Virus record (IMG/VR): IMGVR_UViG_3300012357_000001
Span: 1 to 64,000 of that record
Strand: one strand, 5' to 3'
Source of the DNA: a virus
Length of the DNA: 64,000 nt
In this document: piece after piece, positions 9,401-18,825 of the stretch
How the letters are laid out: the number at the start of each line of letters is the position of its first letter
Numbering within the stretch: position 1 is the stretch's first letter
The notes under the pieces: model-generated
What the model saw: only the letters and a program-made list of their open reading frames with translations
Told to the model about the DNA's origin: nothing
Databases searched by the model: none
Position numbers and translations under genes: made by a program

Positions 9401-9858
9401 ACGGCATCGCGCAGGCGCTGCCGTATACCAAGTACCCGAAGATGGGCCAGCCGCCGTTCGCCGGTGGCAGCTCCGATCCCGCCGTGCAGATCTGGTGGAT
9501 GGTCCAGTACATGCTGGGCCGGTACGGCGGCCCGGCCGGAGCGGCGTCGCACGAGAAGGCCTTCAACTGGTACGGCGGCGGGCTCGATGCGATCTTCAGC
9601 CACCCGACCGTGATCGGCGTCGGCGAGCGCGGACCCGAGGCGGTCAGCGTCACACCGCTGGCGTCCTACGGAGCGCGCGGCGGCGGCGGGATGGCCGGAG
9701 TCCTCGGACAGCTCATCGCGGCGGTCCGCAACGAGCGCCCGATGATCGGCACGTACCAGACGGCCTACTACGGCACCGGGGACACCGCCTACGCCCTGCG
9801 CGAGCTGACCAGCACACTGCGCATGACGGCGCTGCAGGCGACGGTGGTGGGACAGTGA
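6469..9858 (+). CDS. tape measure protein with C-terminal lytic transglycosylase (SLT-like) motif
   Basis: 1129 aa. Gly-rich N-terminal region, long Ala/Leu-rich hydrophobic centre, and the motif AMRESGWSNTAMNPSSGAYGIAQ. Position is typical of a tape measure gene. Confidence 0.9.
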   Translation: MSFDAGSIEASLTVRLEQFNRDLDKAEARVRKIEAGTHEVKVSAVFDTASMTRARKMFADLDQQVSRDASMRLRTSPQGSVLGSLNALFSPHPVTGSPTAQQAGQQGLLGKMFATPGGGGGGTAGGPGGGNAGGGIFGGGGFLSGILGRITGGGGASDKAAMAAAAAQTKAAKDMADNSKQQTSLLQKALAGDRSGGGFAKGLAGGIGPGILGIGAKATGIIAGGGSLLGALPATFAGLGALGIGGIGIGASAALFKGIQSQIAPASGLSSQIQAQQAAGLGSTAAGAKTIAGEQKQLAVSLAALSPAMRSIYNSEQQIQNTWQSFTASFAPLFAGAMSSVASVFQRLQPALQGFFGNATKLVQPFIQGLGDVAQQILPLLGQAFAAVAPLMRPMLDGLGGLISGLLPGLITLLKGAQPAVNALFGGLSIIGKGLGQMFTAFAPVIKASAIVLNSLLSVLSALFPIIGQLAAIFASALAPVFSAFAGTIKSLLPFLAIVGKVLASLAGAILGDLVSAFTALAQLLTNIAPGLKIFADVLSQAFVVLENSGVFAVIGNALEAIVKPLGALINLLLQQLAPILPVIITLISQFATILVTLLAAGLTSILEGITWLLTKMPWLVPLIAAVTAGVWLFNLALAANPIGLVVIAIVGLVGAITLLVVHWKQVWGDIKAWAADAWNFIYNGFGKFLLPLLGPVGLIALGAIELYKHWAQIWGDIKQVGLDFGRWFWDDFGVKIMHFITKTVPSWFDTGVSAIKTAWGKIEQIFKDPINFLIKTVYDNGIERFWNDVMGAIGGPKLPYVQPLAAGGMITSGTGPTADDVLIRASRGETVVSAAHSRMLAPLFAAVGVPGYATGGVVGSILSSIATGSLGALSGELLKLVGVDSNTTGDLAKMFTLIPKKIVSTAMSYALGVLGGGGGSGVGPGVGSGGGVAANAALARVLYPAWATGQNWINWNYVAMRESGWSNTAMNPSSGAYGIAQALPYTKYPKMGQPPFAGGSSDPAVQIWWMVQYMLGRYGGPAGAASHEKAFNWYGGGLDAIFSHPTVIGVGERGPEAVSVTPLASYGARGGGGMAGVLGQLIAAVRNERPMIGTYQTAYYGTGDTAYALRELTSTLRMTALQATVVGQ

Positions 9859-11270
9859 GCGATCCGATCCTCAGCTCGGGCCAGTACTCCATCGACGGCC
9901 TGGTGTTCGGAGCCGGTCAGTCCGTCTCGATCGCCAAGACGGCGATCAGCCCCGGCAATTCGATCGCGCAGGATGTCCAGCTGGTCAACAACGACGGGCG
10001 CCGGTTCGGCTTCGACGTGCTGCCCGGCATGGCCATCTCCTTCACCGGACAGGCGTTCCGCCAGGGCGACACCGGACTGGCGCAGATGGACGCGTACGAC
10101 GCGTTCGCCGCGGCCTGGGAGAAGAAGACCGTCCGATGGACCCCCGGCGCGATCAGTGTCCTGCGGATGTTCTATCGGGGCAGCTCCGTCACCCGGCGGG
10201 TCTACGGCCGGGGCCGCAACTGCGCTCCGGTGCTCGGCATGGTGAATCAGGGCTATGTGCCGTTCACCGCCGACTTCGACTGCGCCGACAACACGTTCTA
10301 CGGGGACGTGCTCAACTCCTTCACCCTGGGCACCGCCTTCGCGTTCTCCGGCGGCGGCGTGGCCCCTCCGCTCACCCCGCCGGTGGCACTGGCCGCGGTT
10401 CAGACGGCGAACAACATGGTGCCCGCGGCCGACTCCGACTTCGAGCTGCCGTGGACCGGCAACTGGGTCGCGCAGACGCTGATCTCCTCCCTCGGCCAGT
10501 CGACCGACTGGGCCGCGATCGGCACGTACTCGATGAAGGCGGCTATCACCGGGGCGGGCACCGCGTCGGTCAAGTACGCGAACCTGTCGGTGGTCGCGGG
10601 GCTGTCCTACGAAGCCGCCATGCGCGTGCGGGTCAGCTCGGGCAGCGGCACGGCCACGCTGACCGGGCAGTGGCTCAACGGAGCGCTGGCGAACATCGGG
10701 TCGCCGGTCACCTTCGGCACGGCGACGGCCACCACGGGCAGCACCGGGGTACAGATCAGCGGTCTGCAGGCCGCCCCGACCGGTGCGGCCTGGCTGGCTC
10801 TGTCCGTCAGCTACGCGGCGAGCGGCGCCGTCAGCTTCTACGTGGACACGGTCGTCGTGACGCAGGGTGTCTACTACGGCAACGCGATCCTGAACTCCGG
10901 CACCACGGACACCTGGCCGGTCATCACGATCACGGGACCGTGCACCAATCCGTCGATCATCTATCAGGGGAACTCGGTCTCTCTGCTGCTGCAGACCAGC
11001 CTGGCGGCGAACCAGACGGCGGTGATCTCCACCGTGCCGTGGAACCGGTACGTTGGCGTCACTAGCTCGATCGGAGCCGATCCGTACGGAGCTACCCCGG
11101 TCGCCGCGTCGCTGGCCGGAGTCGTGCGCGGCAACTCGCTGGACTCCCTGATGGTTCCGGGCGGGGCGTCGGTGCCGGTCACCTACTCGTCCCAGGATCT
11201 GACCGGGACCTCGCGCTGCACGGTGTCCTGGCGCAATGCTTTCAAGATGATAGGAGGCTCGGTGCCGTGA
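9855..11270 (+). CDS. distal tail protein-like minor tail protein
   Basis: GTGA overlap with the tape measure gene. It is the first gene after the tape measure gene. 471 aa with a long beta-rich C-terminal extension. Confidence 0.55.
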   Translation: MSDPILSSGQYSIDGLVFGAGQSVSIAKTAISPGNSIAQDVQLVNNDGRRFGFDVLPGMAISFTGQAFRQGDTGLAQMDAYDAFAAAWEKKTVRWTPGAISVLRMFYRGSSVTRRVYGRGRNCAPVLGMVNQGYVPFTADFDCADNTFYGDVLNSFTLGTAFAFSGGGVAPPLTPPVALAAVQTANNMVPAADSDFELPWTGNWVAQTLISSLGQSTDWAAIGTYSMKAAITGAGTASVKYANLSVVAGLSYEAAMRVRVSSGSGTATLTGQWLNGALANIGSPVTFGTATATTGSTGVQISGLQAAPTGAAWLALSVSYAASGAVSFYVDTVVVTQGVYYGNAILNSGTTDTWPVITITGPCTNPSIIYQGNSVSLLLQTSLAANQTAVISTVPWNRYVGVTSSIGADPYGATPVAASLAGVVRGNSLDSLMVPGGASVPVTYSSQDLTGTSRCTVSWRNAFKMIGGSVP

Positions 11271-12241
11271 CCTGGACGCAAGGACTGTGGGCGGTCGACG
11301 GGAACACCCTCGACGCATCGCTGTGGCGCCAGCAGCTCTACGCAAGCTCGCTCAAAAGGTCTGGAATCATGGCGCCGACGGACCTGAAGGTCACGGCGTT
11401 CAGCACGCCGGGCGCGGGTGTCAACGTGGCCGGTGGCTCCTGCGTCATCGCAGGACAGGAGCTCTCGGGCGGCCAGCAGGGCAGCTACTTCGGCTTCAAC
11501 AACGGCGTCGACACGGTGTCCGTGTCCGCCACCGGCGGGTCCATCCGATCCGACCTGATCATCGCCAGGGTCGAGGACCCGACGTTCAGCGGCACCCCCT
11601 GGTCGTGGAACCCGGCGACGCAGAACCTGATCTACTCGCGCGACATCTCGGGCGTGTCGGGCGGCACGGTTCTGGTGCCCGCCGGTACCACCGGCATCCC
11701 GCTCGCCCGGATCGACATCCCCGTCAGCACGTCGGCGATCACCAACGCGATGATCACCGACCTGCGTGCGCTGGCCAACCCGGCCCGCCAGACGGACCTC
11801 TACGTCAACACTCCGGTGTCGAACGACACGATGAACGCCGCCACGGACAGCAAGACGGTGATGCGCAACTGGGGGCCCGCGTTCCCCGCCGTCTACATCC
11901 CGACGTGGGCTGTGACGATGCGTGTCGTGTTCATGGTCGCGGCGAGCGCGATCGGAGGCGCCACCTATGGCATCGGCATCGTGATGCAGATAAAGGTCGG
12001 GTCGTCGATCGTGTCGCAAATCGGCGGCATGGGCGACCCGGGTGTGGGCGCGGTCCTCACCGGGTTCCAGTCGGTCGGCATGCTCGGCGACAACATCAAC
12101 GTCTCCTCGCTGCAGGGGCAGACCGTGACGGTCCAGCCGCAGGCGCGCATCGTCAACAGCGCCAACGTGCAGGGGACGATGCAGATCAACGGAGCCTCCA
12201 CGGAGACGCTCCAGTGCCACTTCCTCGAGGCACCGCAGTAG
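11267..12241 (+). CDS. minor tail protein
   Basis: Track ORF, GTGA overlap, tail-tip synteny. Confidence 0.55.
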   Translation: MTWTQGLWAVDGNTLDASLWRQQLYASSLKRSGIMAPTDLKVTAFSTPGAGVNVAGGSCVIAGQELSGGQQGSYFGFNNGVDTVSVSATGGSIRSDLIIARVEDPTFSGTPWSWNPATQNLIYSRDISGVSGGTVLVPAGTTGIPLARIDIPVSTSAITNAMITDLRALANPARQTDLYVNTPVSNDTMNAATDSKTVMRNWGPAFPAVYIPTWAVTMRVVFMVAASAIGGATYGIGIVMQIKVGSSIVSQIGGMGDPGVGAVLTGFQSVGMLGDNINVSSLQGQTVTVQPQARIVNSANVQGTMQINGASTETLQCHFLEAPQ

Positions 12242-13537
12242 ATGGCAGAGCACTGGCAGTACATCGCCCAGCGCATCCTGGACGGCACCTGGCTGGACCG
12301 GGTCGGTGCGCAGATGACGGCCGTCACGATGACCTGGGACCTGGCCACCGACCAGTTCCAGGGGACGATCTCCCCGCGGGACAAGGAGCGCACCGCGATC
12401 GACGGGCGCCCTCTCTTCGACGAGTGGTCGACCGCGATATACGCCGTCGAGTCCGGGGTCATCCGCTGGGGCGGGCTGCTGGTCGACTCCGATTTCACCG
12501 GGTCATCCTGGGTGCTCAACGCCATCGGCTTCCGCGGCTACCCGAACGGCAACATCTACAACGGAGCCGTCTACTCGCAGAACGCCGTCGACCCGCTGGC
12601 CGTGGTCCGGTTCATCTGGTCGTACCTGCAGTCTCAGCCCAACGGGAACATCGGCCTCACCGTCGACAGCACGACCAGCACGTCCCGGGTAGGTAAAGCC
12701 ACATACATCGTGTCGCTCGGGAGCCAGACGCTGACTCAGATCGCGGCGTCGATCAACCTGACCCTGGCACAGGTCCAGGCGCTGAACACGACGGCGAACC
12801 GGATAGCCAACGGTTTCACGTACCAGACGCTGCCCGCGACGGGCAACGTGCCAGCCGGAGTGCAGGTCATCACCGCCCTGAGCCCGTACATCCTCGCCTG
12901 GTACAACGCCAGCGACTGCGGGCAGGAGCTGTCCAACCTCGCGCAGACCACGCCGTTCGACATGTTCGAGACGCACGCATGGACGGACGCGACCCAGAAC
13001 ACCGTGGCCCACCGGCTGATCCTCGGCTACCCGCGGATCGGCAACCGGGAGCTCGATCTCCGGTTCGTCGAGGGCGAGAACATCACCGCGCTGGTCGACG
13101 TGTCGCGGAGCGGAACCGCGTACGCCAACGAGATCCTCGGGGTCGGCGCGGGCACCGGCTCGATCGCGATCAGAACCGGAGTCGGGGCGCCGGACACCTT
13201 CCGGCTGCGCAGGTGCGGATCCGTCGTCAATCAGACGATCACCGACGAGGACCGGCTGGAGGCCCTCGCCCAGCGGGCGCTGACGTCGCTGCAGGCCCCG
13301 CTGGCCGGGCAGATCAGCAGCTGCACCTGGCAGAACCACCCGAACGCGCCTCTCGGGAGCTTCCAGCAGGGTGATGACATCCTGGTCTCGGTCAGGAACG
13401 GCTGGCTGGCCGGACAGGACATCTGGCACCGGGTCAAGTCGTTCACCTACGACCCGGCGACCAGGATGGGGACGCTCACCCTGGCACGCAGCGACTCCTT
13501 CACCTACCAGCCGTCCGGCACTACGGTGACGTCATGA
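12242..13537 (+). CDS. minor tail / baseplate protein with LysM-like insert
   Basis: Track ORF. Residues 153-210 (YIVSLGSQTLTQIAASINLTLAQVQALN...GVQVI) follow the LysM pattern. Confidence 0.6.
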   Translation: MAEHWQYIAQRILDGTWLDRVGAQMTAVTMTWDLATDQFQGTISPRDKERTAIDGRPLFDEWSTAIYAVESGVIRWGGLLVDSDFTGSSWVLNAIGFRGYPNGNIYNGAVYSQNAVDPLAVVRFIWSYLQSQPNGNIGLTVDSTTSTSRVGKATYIVSLGSQTLTQIAASINLTLAQVQALNTTANRIANGFTYQTLPATGNVPAGVQVITALSPYILAWYNASDCGQELSNLAQTTPFDMFETHAWTDATQNTVAHRLILGYPRIGNRELDLRFVEGENITALVDVSRSGTAYANEILGVGAGTGSIAIRTGVGAPDTFRLRRCGSVVNQTITDEDRLEALAQRALTSLQAPLAGQISSCTWQNHPNAPLGSFQQGDDILVSVRNGWLAGQDIWHRVKSFTYDPATRMGTLTLARSDSFTYQPSGTTVTS

Positions 13538-15306
13538 TCGACCCCGGGCTGGCCAAGGCGATAGCCGCCCTCAACAACGAGGTGATCAGGCTTCAGGGCC
13601 AGGTCAAGACGCTGCAGCAGGCGCAGACCAGGGGGCAGCTGGGCCAGTCCAGCATCGACGACGGGTTCCTCACCGTCGTCAGCGGAGGAACGGTCCGCCA
13701 GATCATCGGCATGCAGCCTGACGGCACCGTCACCAGCATCGACCACAACGGCCCCGCCCCGCCGATCCCCTCGACGCCGACCGTGACCTCCGCGCCCGCC
13801 GGTCTGACGATCGCCTGGGACGGCACGTTCTCCGGCGGCACGGCGCAGCCGATGGACTTCGCAGACGTCGAGGTGCACGTCTCGACCTCGTCCGGCTTCA
13901 CCCCCAGCAGCGCCACGATGCGTGCGGTCCTCCTGAAGGCCGGGCAGATCACCGTGCAGCCGCTGTCCTTCGGCACCACCTACTACGTCGTCCTGGTGGC
14001 GGCCAACACGTCCAGCGTGAAGAGCGCGGTCAGCACCCAGGTGTCCGCCGTGCCGTCGACCGTCCTGATCTCACCGGTCACCGCCAGCGCCATCGGATAC
14101 ATCGGCGTCCTGAACGCCAACCCCTACTTCACCGGCGGCGACGTCACCGGCTGGGCCGAGCGCGCTGGCAGCGGCACCGTCAGCGTCGTCAACACCCAGC
14201 CGTCCGGCTCCCCCTACACCTACGCGCTGAAGCTGATCTCCGACAGCTCGGGCCTCGGCGAAGCCTGGGAGCCGGGCCCTCCGGCGTTCCCGGTGGTATT
14301 CGGATCGCAGTACATGGTGACCGGCCTGTTCTACACGCCGGGGACCTCGGTGAGCCTCGGGCTGTCGTTCCTGCTGGCCGGTTCCTGGGTGTCCGACGTC
14401 GTCAACACGTTCACGGTCACGCCGAACACCTGGACGCAGCTCACCGCGGTCGTCACCGCGCCGTCGTCCGGAGTAGACAGCGCCGGGCCGGTGTTCTCCA
14501 CACCCGGCCAGGTCAGCACGTACACCATGTACGGCCAAGCCGTCACGGCGCTGCCGCAGGTGCCCGGCGGCCTGATTCAGACGGGCACGGTCACCGCCAC
14601 CCAGATCGCGGCCGGTGTGGTCGTCGCCGGGATCATCAACGGCACCACGGTCGACACCGCCACGCTCGAGGTCGCCTCCTCGGGCACCGGCAACGGCATC
14701 TTCGTGTACAACGGCGTGCCGAACTTCGGCAACCTGATCATCTCGATGACGGGCCAGGCGGGTACGGACGCGTACGGCAACGTCTACACCGCCGGTATCA
14801 CCGTCGCTCCGAGCTTCGGATTCATCGACGGGTCCAACATCCCCGACGGGACGCTCGCGGGCACGGCCCTGGCCAACGACGCCATCACGGCGGTTCAGAT
14901 CGCCGACCAGGCCGTCACCACACAGCAGCTGGCCAACGCAGCCGTCGGCGCAGGCCAGCTCGCGGCTGGCGCGGTCTACCCCGGCGCGATCCAGACCGGG
15001 GCCGTCACCACCAACTCGATCGCGGCTAACGCCATCGTGGCCGGTCTCATCGCGGCCGGAGCAGTCGACGCGCTCAACATCAACACGGGCACGTTGACCG
15101 TGCAGGGCGGGCAGGGCCAGATCCTCGTCTACAACGGAGTGGCTGCGGTCGGAACCCTGTTCGTCTCGATCGCCGGACAGGCGGGGGTCGACGCCTTCGG
15201 CAACAGCTTCCCGGCCGGTATCGCGATCACGAACAACGGGACGATCATAGGGGCAGACCTCATCATCCAGCCCTCGCAGGGTGCTCTGATCGGATACAGC
15301 CAATGA
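13534..15306 (+). CDS. tail fibre-like protein
   Basis: N-terminal coiled coil, an FN3-like segment (PSTPTVTSAPAGLTIAWDG...YYVVLVAAN), I/A/V-rich fibre repeats, and a duplicated C-terminal module (IFVYNGVPNFGNLIISMTGQAGTDAYGN versus ILVYNGVAAVGTLFVSIAGQAGVDAFGN). Confidence 0.65.
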   Translation: MIDPGLAKAIAALNNEVIRLQGQVKTLQQAQTRGQLGQSSIDDGFLTVVSGGTVRQIIGMQPDGTVTSIDHNGPAPPIPSTPTVTSAPAGLTIAWDGTFSGGTAQPMDFADVEVHVSTSSGFTPSSATMRAVLLKAGQITVQPLSFGTTYYVVLVAANTSSVKSAVSTQVSAVPSTVLISPVTASAIGYIGVLNANPYFTGGDVTGWAERAGSGTVSVVNTQPSGSPYTYALKLISDSSGLGEAWEPGPPAFPVVFGSQYMVTGLFYTPGTSVSLGLSFLLAGSWVSDVVNTFTVTPNTWTQLTAVVTAPSSGVDSAGPVFSTPGQVSTYTMYGQAVTALPQVPGGLIQTGTVTATQIAAGVVVAGIINGTTVDTATLEVASSGTGNGIFVYNGVPNFGNLIISMTGQAGTDAYGNVYTAGITVAPSFGFIDGSNIPDGTLAGTALANDAITAVQIADQAVTTQQLANAAVGAGQLAAGAVYPGAIQTGAVTTNSIAANAIVAGLIAAGAVDALNINTGTLTVQGGQGQILVYNGVAAVGTLFVSIAGQAGVDAFGNSFPAGIAITNNGTIIGADLIIQPSQGALIGYSQ

Positions 15307-15357
15307 CGGAGATCTTCGCACCGCCCATCACCCTGACGCTTTCCGGAAAGGTAGACG

Positions 15358-15756
15358 ATGACCGCACTGACGACGACCCAGGCTGCGGCCCTGCTGAAGG
15401 CCAGTCTGGGTGTGGCGACGCTGACCGCGTTCTCGGGGTCGGCGAACATCAGGCTGACGACCAACTCTCCGACCGCCTCGACGGCTGGGACACAACTCAC
15501 AGGTAGTGGATATACGTCCGGCGGCCAGGCGGTGTCCTTCAGCTCGACGTCCTCCAACTCGACCACCGGTCCGACTAGCACGATCTCCTGGACGAATTCG
15601 TCCGGTTCGACCTGGTCCATCGTCGGCATCGAGATCTGGGACTCCGCCGGAACCCCGATTCGCTGGTGGTACGGCACTTGGAACGGCCAGCCCATCTCCG
15701 TCGCCAACGGCAACACGTTCACCGTGTCCGCCGGAGCGGTAACCGTCCAGATCTAG
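15358..15756 (+). CDS. small minor tail protein
   Basis: Track ORF of 132 aa, Ser/Thr-rich. The pattern resembles small fibre-associated proteins of actinophages. Positional call. Confidence 0.5.
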   Translation: MTALTTTQAAALLKASLGVATLTAFSGSANIRLTTNSPTASTAGTQLTGSGYTSGGQAVSFSSTSSNSTTGPTSTISWTNSSGSTWSIVGIEIWDSAGTPIRWWYGTWNGQPISVANGNTFTVSAGAVTVQI

Positions 15757-15765
15757 GAGGTTGCC

Positions 15766-17127
15766 GTGTCCGTCAGCTTCGTTCGTACGACGGCCAACCG
15801 CCTCACGGGCGGCGGTATCTCGGGGATGACGCTGGGCATCAGCGCGTCGGCTGGGCAGTTCGTCGTGGTCGAGGGGTATCCGTCCGGGGGGTCGTCCAGC
15901 GTCCCGGTCAGCTCCATCACGGACAACGGCGGCGGCAACACCTGGGCCCTTCCGGGGAACTACACGGCCAGCAACCCTCCGGCCATCTACACGGGCGGCA
16001 GCGGCTGCTTCCTCGCCTACTGCAACGTGGCCCACTCGCTGTCCTCGGTCACGGTGAACATCCCGACGGCCAGCGAGCTGACCGTCTGCGTGTCCGTCTA
16101 CAACGGCGTCAAGACCTCGTTCCCGTGGCGTCAGGACACGACCGGCCTAGGACAGGGCCTCACGCTGAGCGTCCTGGGCGGCGGCCTGTGCGTCGGCGGA
16201 GCCAACACCAGCAGCGCCACCGCAATCGGCGGCCTGGCCACGCTGACCACACTCCACAACAACCTGGCCGGTTACGGCCTGGCGGGCCCCAACGAGAACG
16301 TCACCTTCAACTGGGGTCCGTCGCAGAACGCCCCTGCGGTGTTCGCGGAGTTCCTGGCCGCTTCCACGATCACGACCATCCACGGCACCGCCACGCTGCA
16401 CGACTTCGAGTCGATGAACCCGGATGCCCTGTCGAGCATCGCGGCCACATCTTCGATGACCGAGTCCGAGATGCTGTCGGCCATCTCGGGCGCCAACCCG
16501 CACGTGGCCTTCAGCGCGATCACACCGGATCAGAACGACTCCAACGGAATCCCGCTGATCCACGGCCTCACCTCGTACCACTATCCGCTCACGACATCGG
16601 TGACGTACGACTACTGGATGTCGATCCAGGACGGCCAGCTCGGAGCCGGTCTCTACGGCGCGGCCAGGAACAGCGGCCTGACGGTCTCCAGCAGCGTGCC
16701 GAAGTGGACGGACTCGGGGAGCAACACGCTCGGGATGGTGCGAAGCTATGGTGCCGACGCCAGCAGCAATCTGGCGAGCTTCACCACCGAGGCCGATGTG
16801 CCCGGCGCCACCGTATCCGTTGTGGTCACCGGATCGAACGCCACTGTCGTCGTGTATGGACAGTTCGACTTCTCGTCCCAGGCGCCATCCACCAACATCA
16901 CCTTTATCGGTTTCCTCAACTGGAACGGATCAGACCGCAGCCAGCAGGCGGTGTTCGAGGCCGGGGCGGTCACGGCCCGATCCTGCTGCGCGCGCTCCTG
17001 GCGGATCACCGGAGTAACGGCAGGAACATACGTCGCCAAACTCCGCGCCAGCTGTAGCGTCAATTCGGCCAACAACGTCGTGAATGTCTCGCACACCGGA
17101 CTGACCGCCATCGTGATCGATATGTGA
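15766..17127 (+). CDS. minor tail protein
   Basis: Track ORF with GTG start, 453 aa, beta-rich, in the tail-module context. Confidence 0.5.
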   Translation: MSVSFVRTTANRLTGGGISGMTLGISASAGQFVVVEGYPSGGSSSVPVSSITDNGGGNTWALPGNYTASNPPAIYTGGSGCFLAYCNVAHSLSSVTVNIPTASELTVCVSVYNGVKTSFPWRQDTTGLGQGLTLSVLGGGLCVGGANTSSATAIGGLATLTTLHNNLAGYGLAGPNENVTFNWGPSQNAPAVFAEFLAASTITTIHGTATLHDFESMNPDALSSIAATSSMTESEMLSAISGANPHVAFSAITPDQNDSNGIPLIHGLTSYHYPLTTSVTYDYWMSIQDGQLGAGLYGAARNSGLTVSSSVPKWTDSGSNTLGMVRSYGADASSNLASFTTEADVPGATVSVVVTGSNATVVVYGQFDFSSQAPSTNITFIGFLNWNGSDRSQQAVFEAGAVTARSCCARSWRITGVTAGTYVAKLRASCSVNSANNVVNVSHTGLTAIVIDM

Positions 17128-17187
17128 GCGCTGTCGGGACACGGCTGTGAAGAGCACAATGACCCGTAAGGATACGAGGAGGCAACG

Positions 17188-17871
17188 ATGGCGACTGACC
17201 GAGGCCTGGCGGGCGATGCGATGGGTATCGGCGCCGTACTGACGGATGGCGGCCGGGAGACGGGCAGCATCCAGATTCAGAAGTGGGACGCCGACCAGAG
17301 TCACTGGGTCGCCCGCAAGCTCTTCGGACATCTGGGCGCGGTCAAGCTGGAGGACGTGCCCGGACTGCAGCTGCCCCGGGCGAAGTTCCGGCAGTTCGGC
17401 GTCGAACCGTCCGAGGTGTACACCAAGGACGACTGCAACCTGATCACCAAGGCCGGGTGGGACCACTGCCTGCTGGCGGCCAACTGGAACGGCGGCACGC
17501 ACACCACGCAGTTCACAGCCTCGGTCGGCCGGATCGGCATCGGCACCGGCTCGACGACCCCGGCGTACGGCGACACCGCTCTGACCGCGATCACGAGCCT
17601 GACCGGCACCGGCAACTGGGTGCTGTGCGGCGCGGCGCCGACGATCGTCGACACCGCGGCCCCGGCCACCGTCGCCTTCACATCGAGCTTCACCTCCGCC
17701 TACGGGACCGGCGCCGCCTGGCAGGAGTTCGCCGTCGACTCCGGCACCGCGACCGCGGTCTCGAACACCGTGACCGCGACCGCCGACATGGTCAACCACG
17801 GCCTGGCCACGCCCGGCACCAAGGGCGCGAGCACGACCTGGACCGTCACGGTCACGCTGAGCTTCACGTAG
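17188..17871 (+). CDS. hypothetical virion-module protein
   Basis: RBS gaggagg upstream of ATG 17188. Track ORF with high GC3. Confidence 0.55.
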   Translation: MATDRGLAGDAMGIGAVLTDGGRETGSIQIQKWDADQSHWVARKLFGHLGAVKLEDVPGLQLPRAKFRQFGVEPSEVYTKDDCNLITKAGWDHCLLAANWNGGTHTTQFTASVGRIGIGTGSTTPAYGDTALTAITSLTGTGNWVLCGAAPTIVDTAAPATVAFTSSFTSAYGTGAAWQEFAVDSGTATAVSNTVTATADMVNHGLATPGTKGASTTWTVTVTLSFT

Positions 17872-17884
17872 ACAGGAGATCTTC

Positions 17885-18214
17885 ATGGTGGGCGTCGGAT
17901 TCCCGGCCGGAACCAACACATCGCAGGTTGTGGCCACCGCGCAGAACGCGCTGACCGTGCTGCGGAACGCGCTGGTGGACTGCCACAACTTCCGCCAGTG
18001 GCTGGCTGCGTACTCGGCCGCCGACCTGGAGGCGGCGCCGGTAAGCCTGGACGCCACGAGCGCGTCGGCCATCCTCAGCGCGTTCGCGGACGCCGACGCG
18101 CTGTACCAGCTCTACAGCACGGGCGCCTTGACCAGCCCGCCGTCCGGATATACCACGCCGGGCACGTACTCGTTCGGCGCGAGCCAGCGCACCGTCATCG
18201 GCCCGCTCAACTAA
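17885..18214 (+). CDS. hypothetical protein
   Basis: Track ORF with RBS-like aggaga upstream. Confidence 0.5.
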   Translation: MVGVGFPAGTNTSQVVATAQNALTVLRNALVDCHNFRQWLAAYSAADLEAAPVSLDATSASAILSAFADADALYQLYSTGALTSPPSGYTTPGTYSFGASQRTVIGPLN

Positions 18215-18226
18215 CGGGGCTGGAAC

Positions 18227-18805
18227 ATGTCCTTCCTGACCGGCACGAACTGCGAACTGATCTACGCGAACGACACGGCGTTCACGGCGAAGAACACCTT
18301 CACCACCGAGGTGACGATCGACGACCAGACCGGCGGCGGTCCGGCGGCCTTCCTGCCTCAGGGATTCGTCAACTACTCGCGCAAGGGCCTGCGGATCGAA
18401 GCGCGCGGCATCCTGTCGAGCACCGGCACCCCGACGTACACGCTCACCCTCAGATCGGGCACGATCGGCAACATCACGGCCGCGATCCTCCTCGGATCGG
18501 CGGCGCTGACGACCGCGACGACGATCACGAACAAGGGCTGGGAGTTCGAGGGCAGCATCATCTTCAAGGACCCGTCCGGATCCGGAGCGGCGAGCTCGGG
18601 CACCGGCGCTGGGATGATCACCTGTCCGGCCGGACTGGCCTCCCCCTTCACCTACGAACTGTGGGGCGGCGCGGCGCAGCCCGGCTCGTTCTCGACGTTC
18701 GACCCGACGATTCAGAACTTCCTCAACTTCAACGTGGCGTGCTCCGCCTCCTCGGCCTCTAACTCGATCCAGCTGCTGGAGTTCCTCGTCTACGGACTCA
18801 ACTGA
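18227..18805 (+). CDS. hypothetical beta-rich protein
   Basis: Track ORF in the tail-module context. Confidence 0.55.
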   Translation: MSFLTGTNCELIYANDTAFTAKNTFTTEVTIDDQTGGGPAAFLPQGFVNYSRKGLRIEARGILSSTGTPTYTLTLRSGTIGNITAAILLGSAALTTATTITNKGWEFEGSIIFKDPSGSGAASSGTGAGMITCPAGLASPFTYELWGGAAQPGSFSTFDPTIQNFLNFNVACSASSASNSIQLLEFLVYGLN

Positions 18806-18825
18806 CCGGGTGAGGCAGCGGTGAT

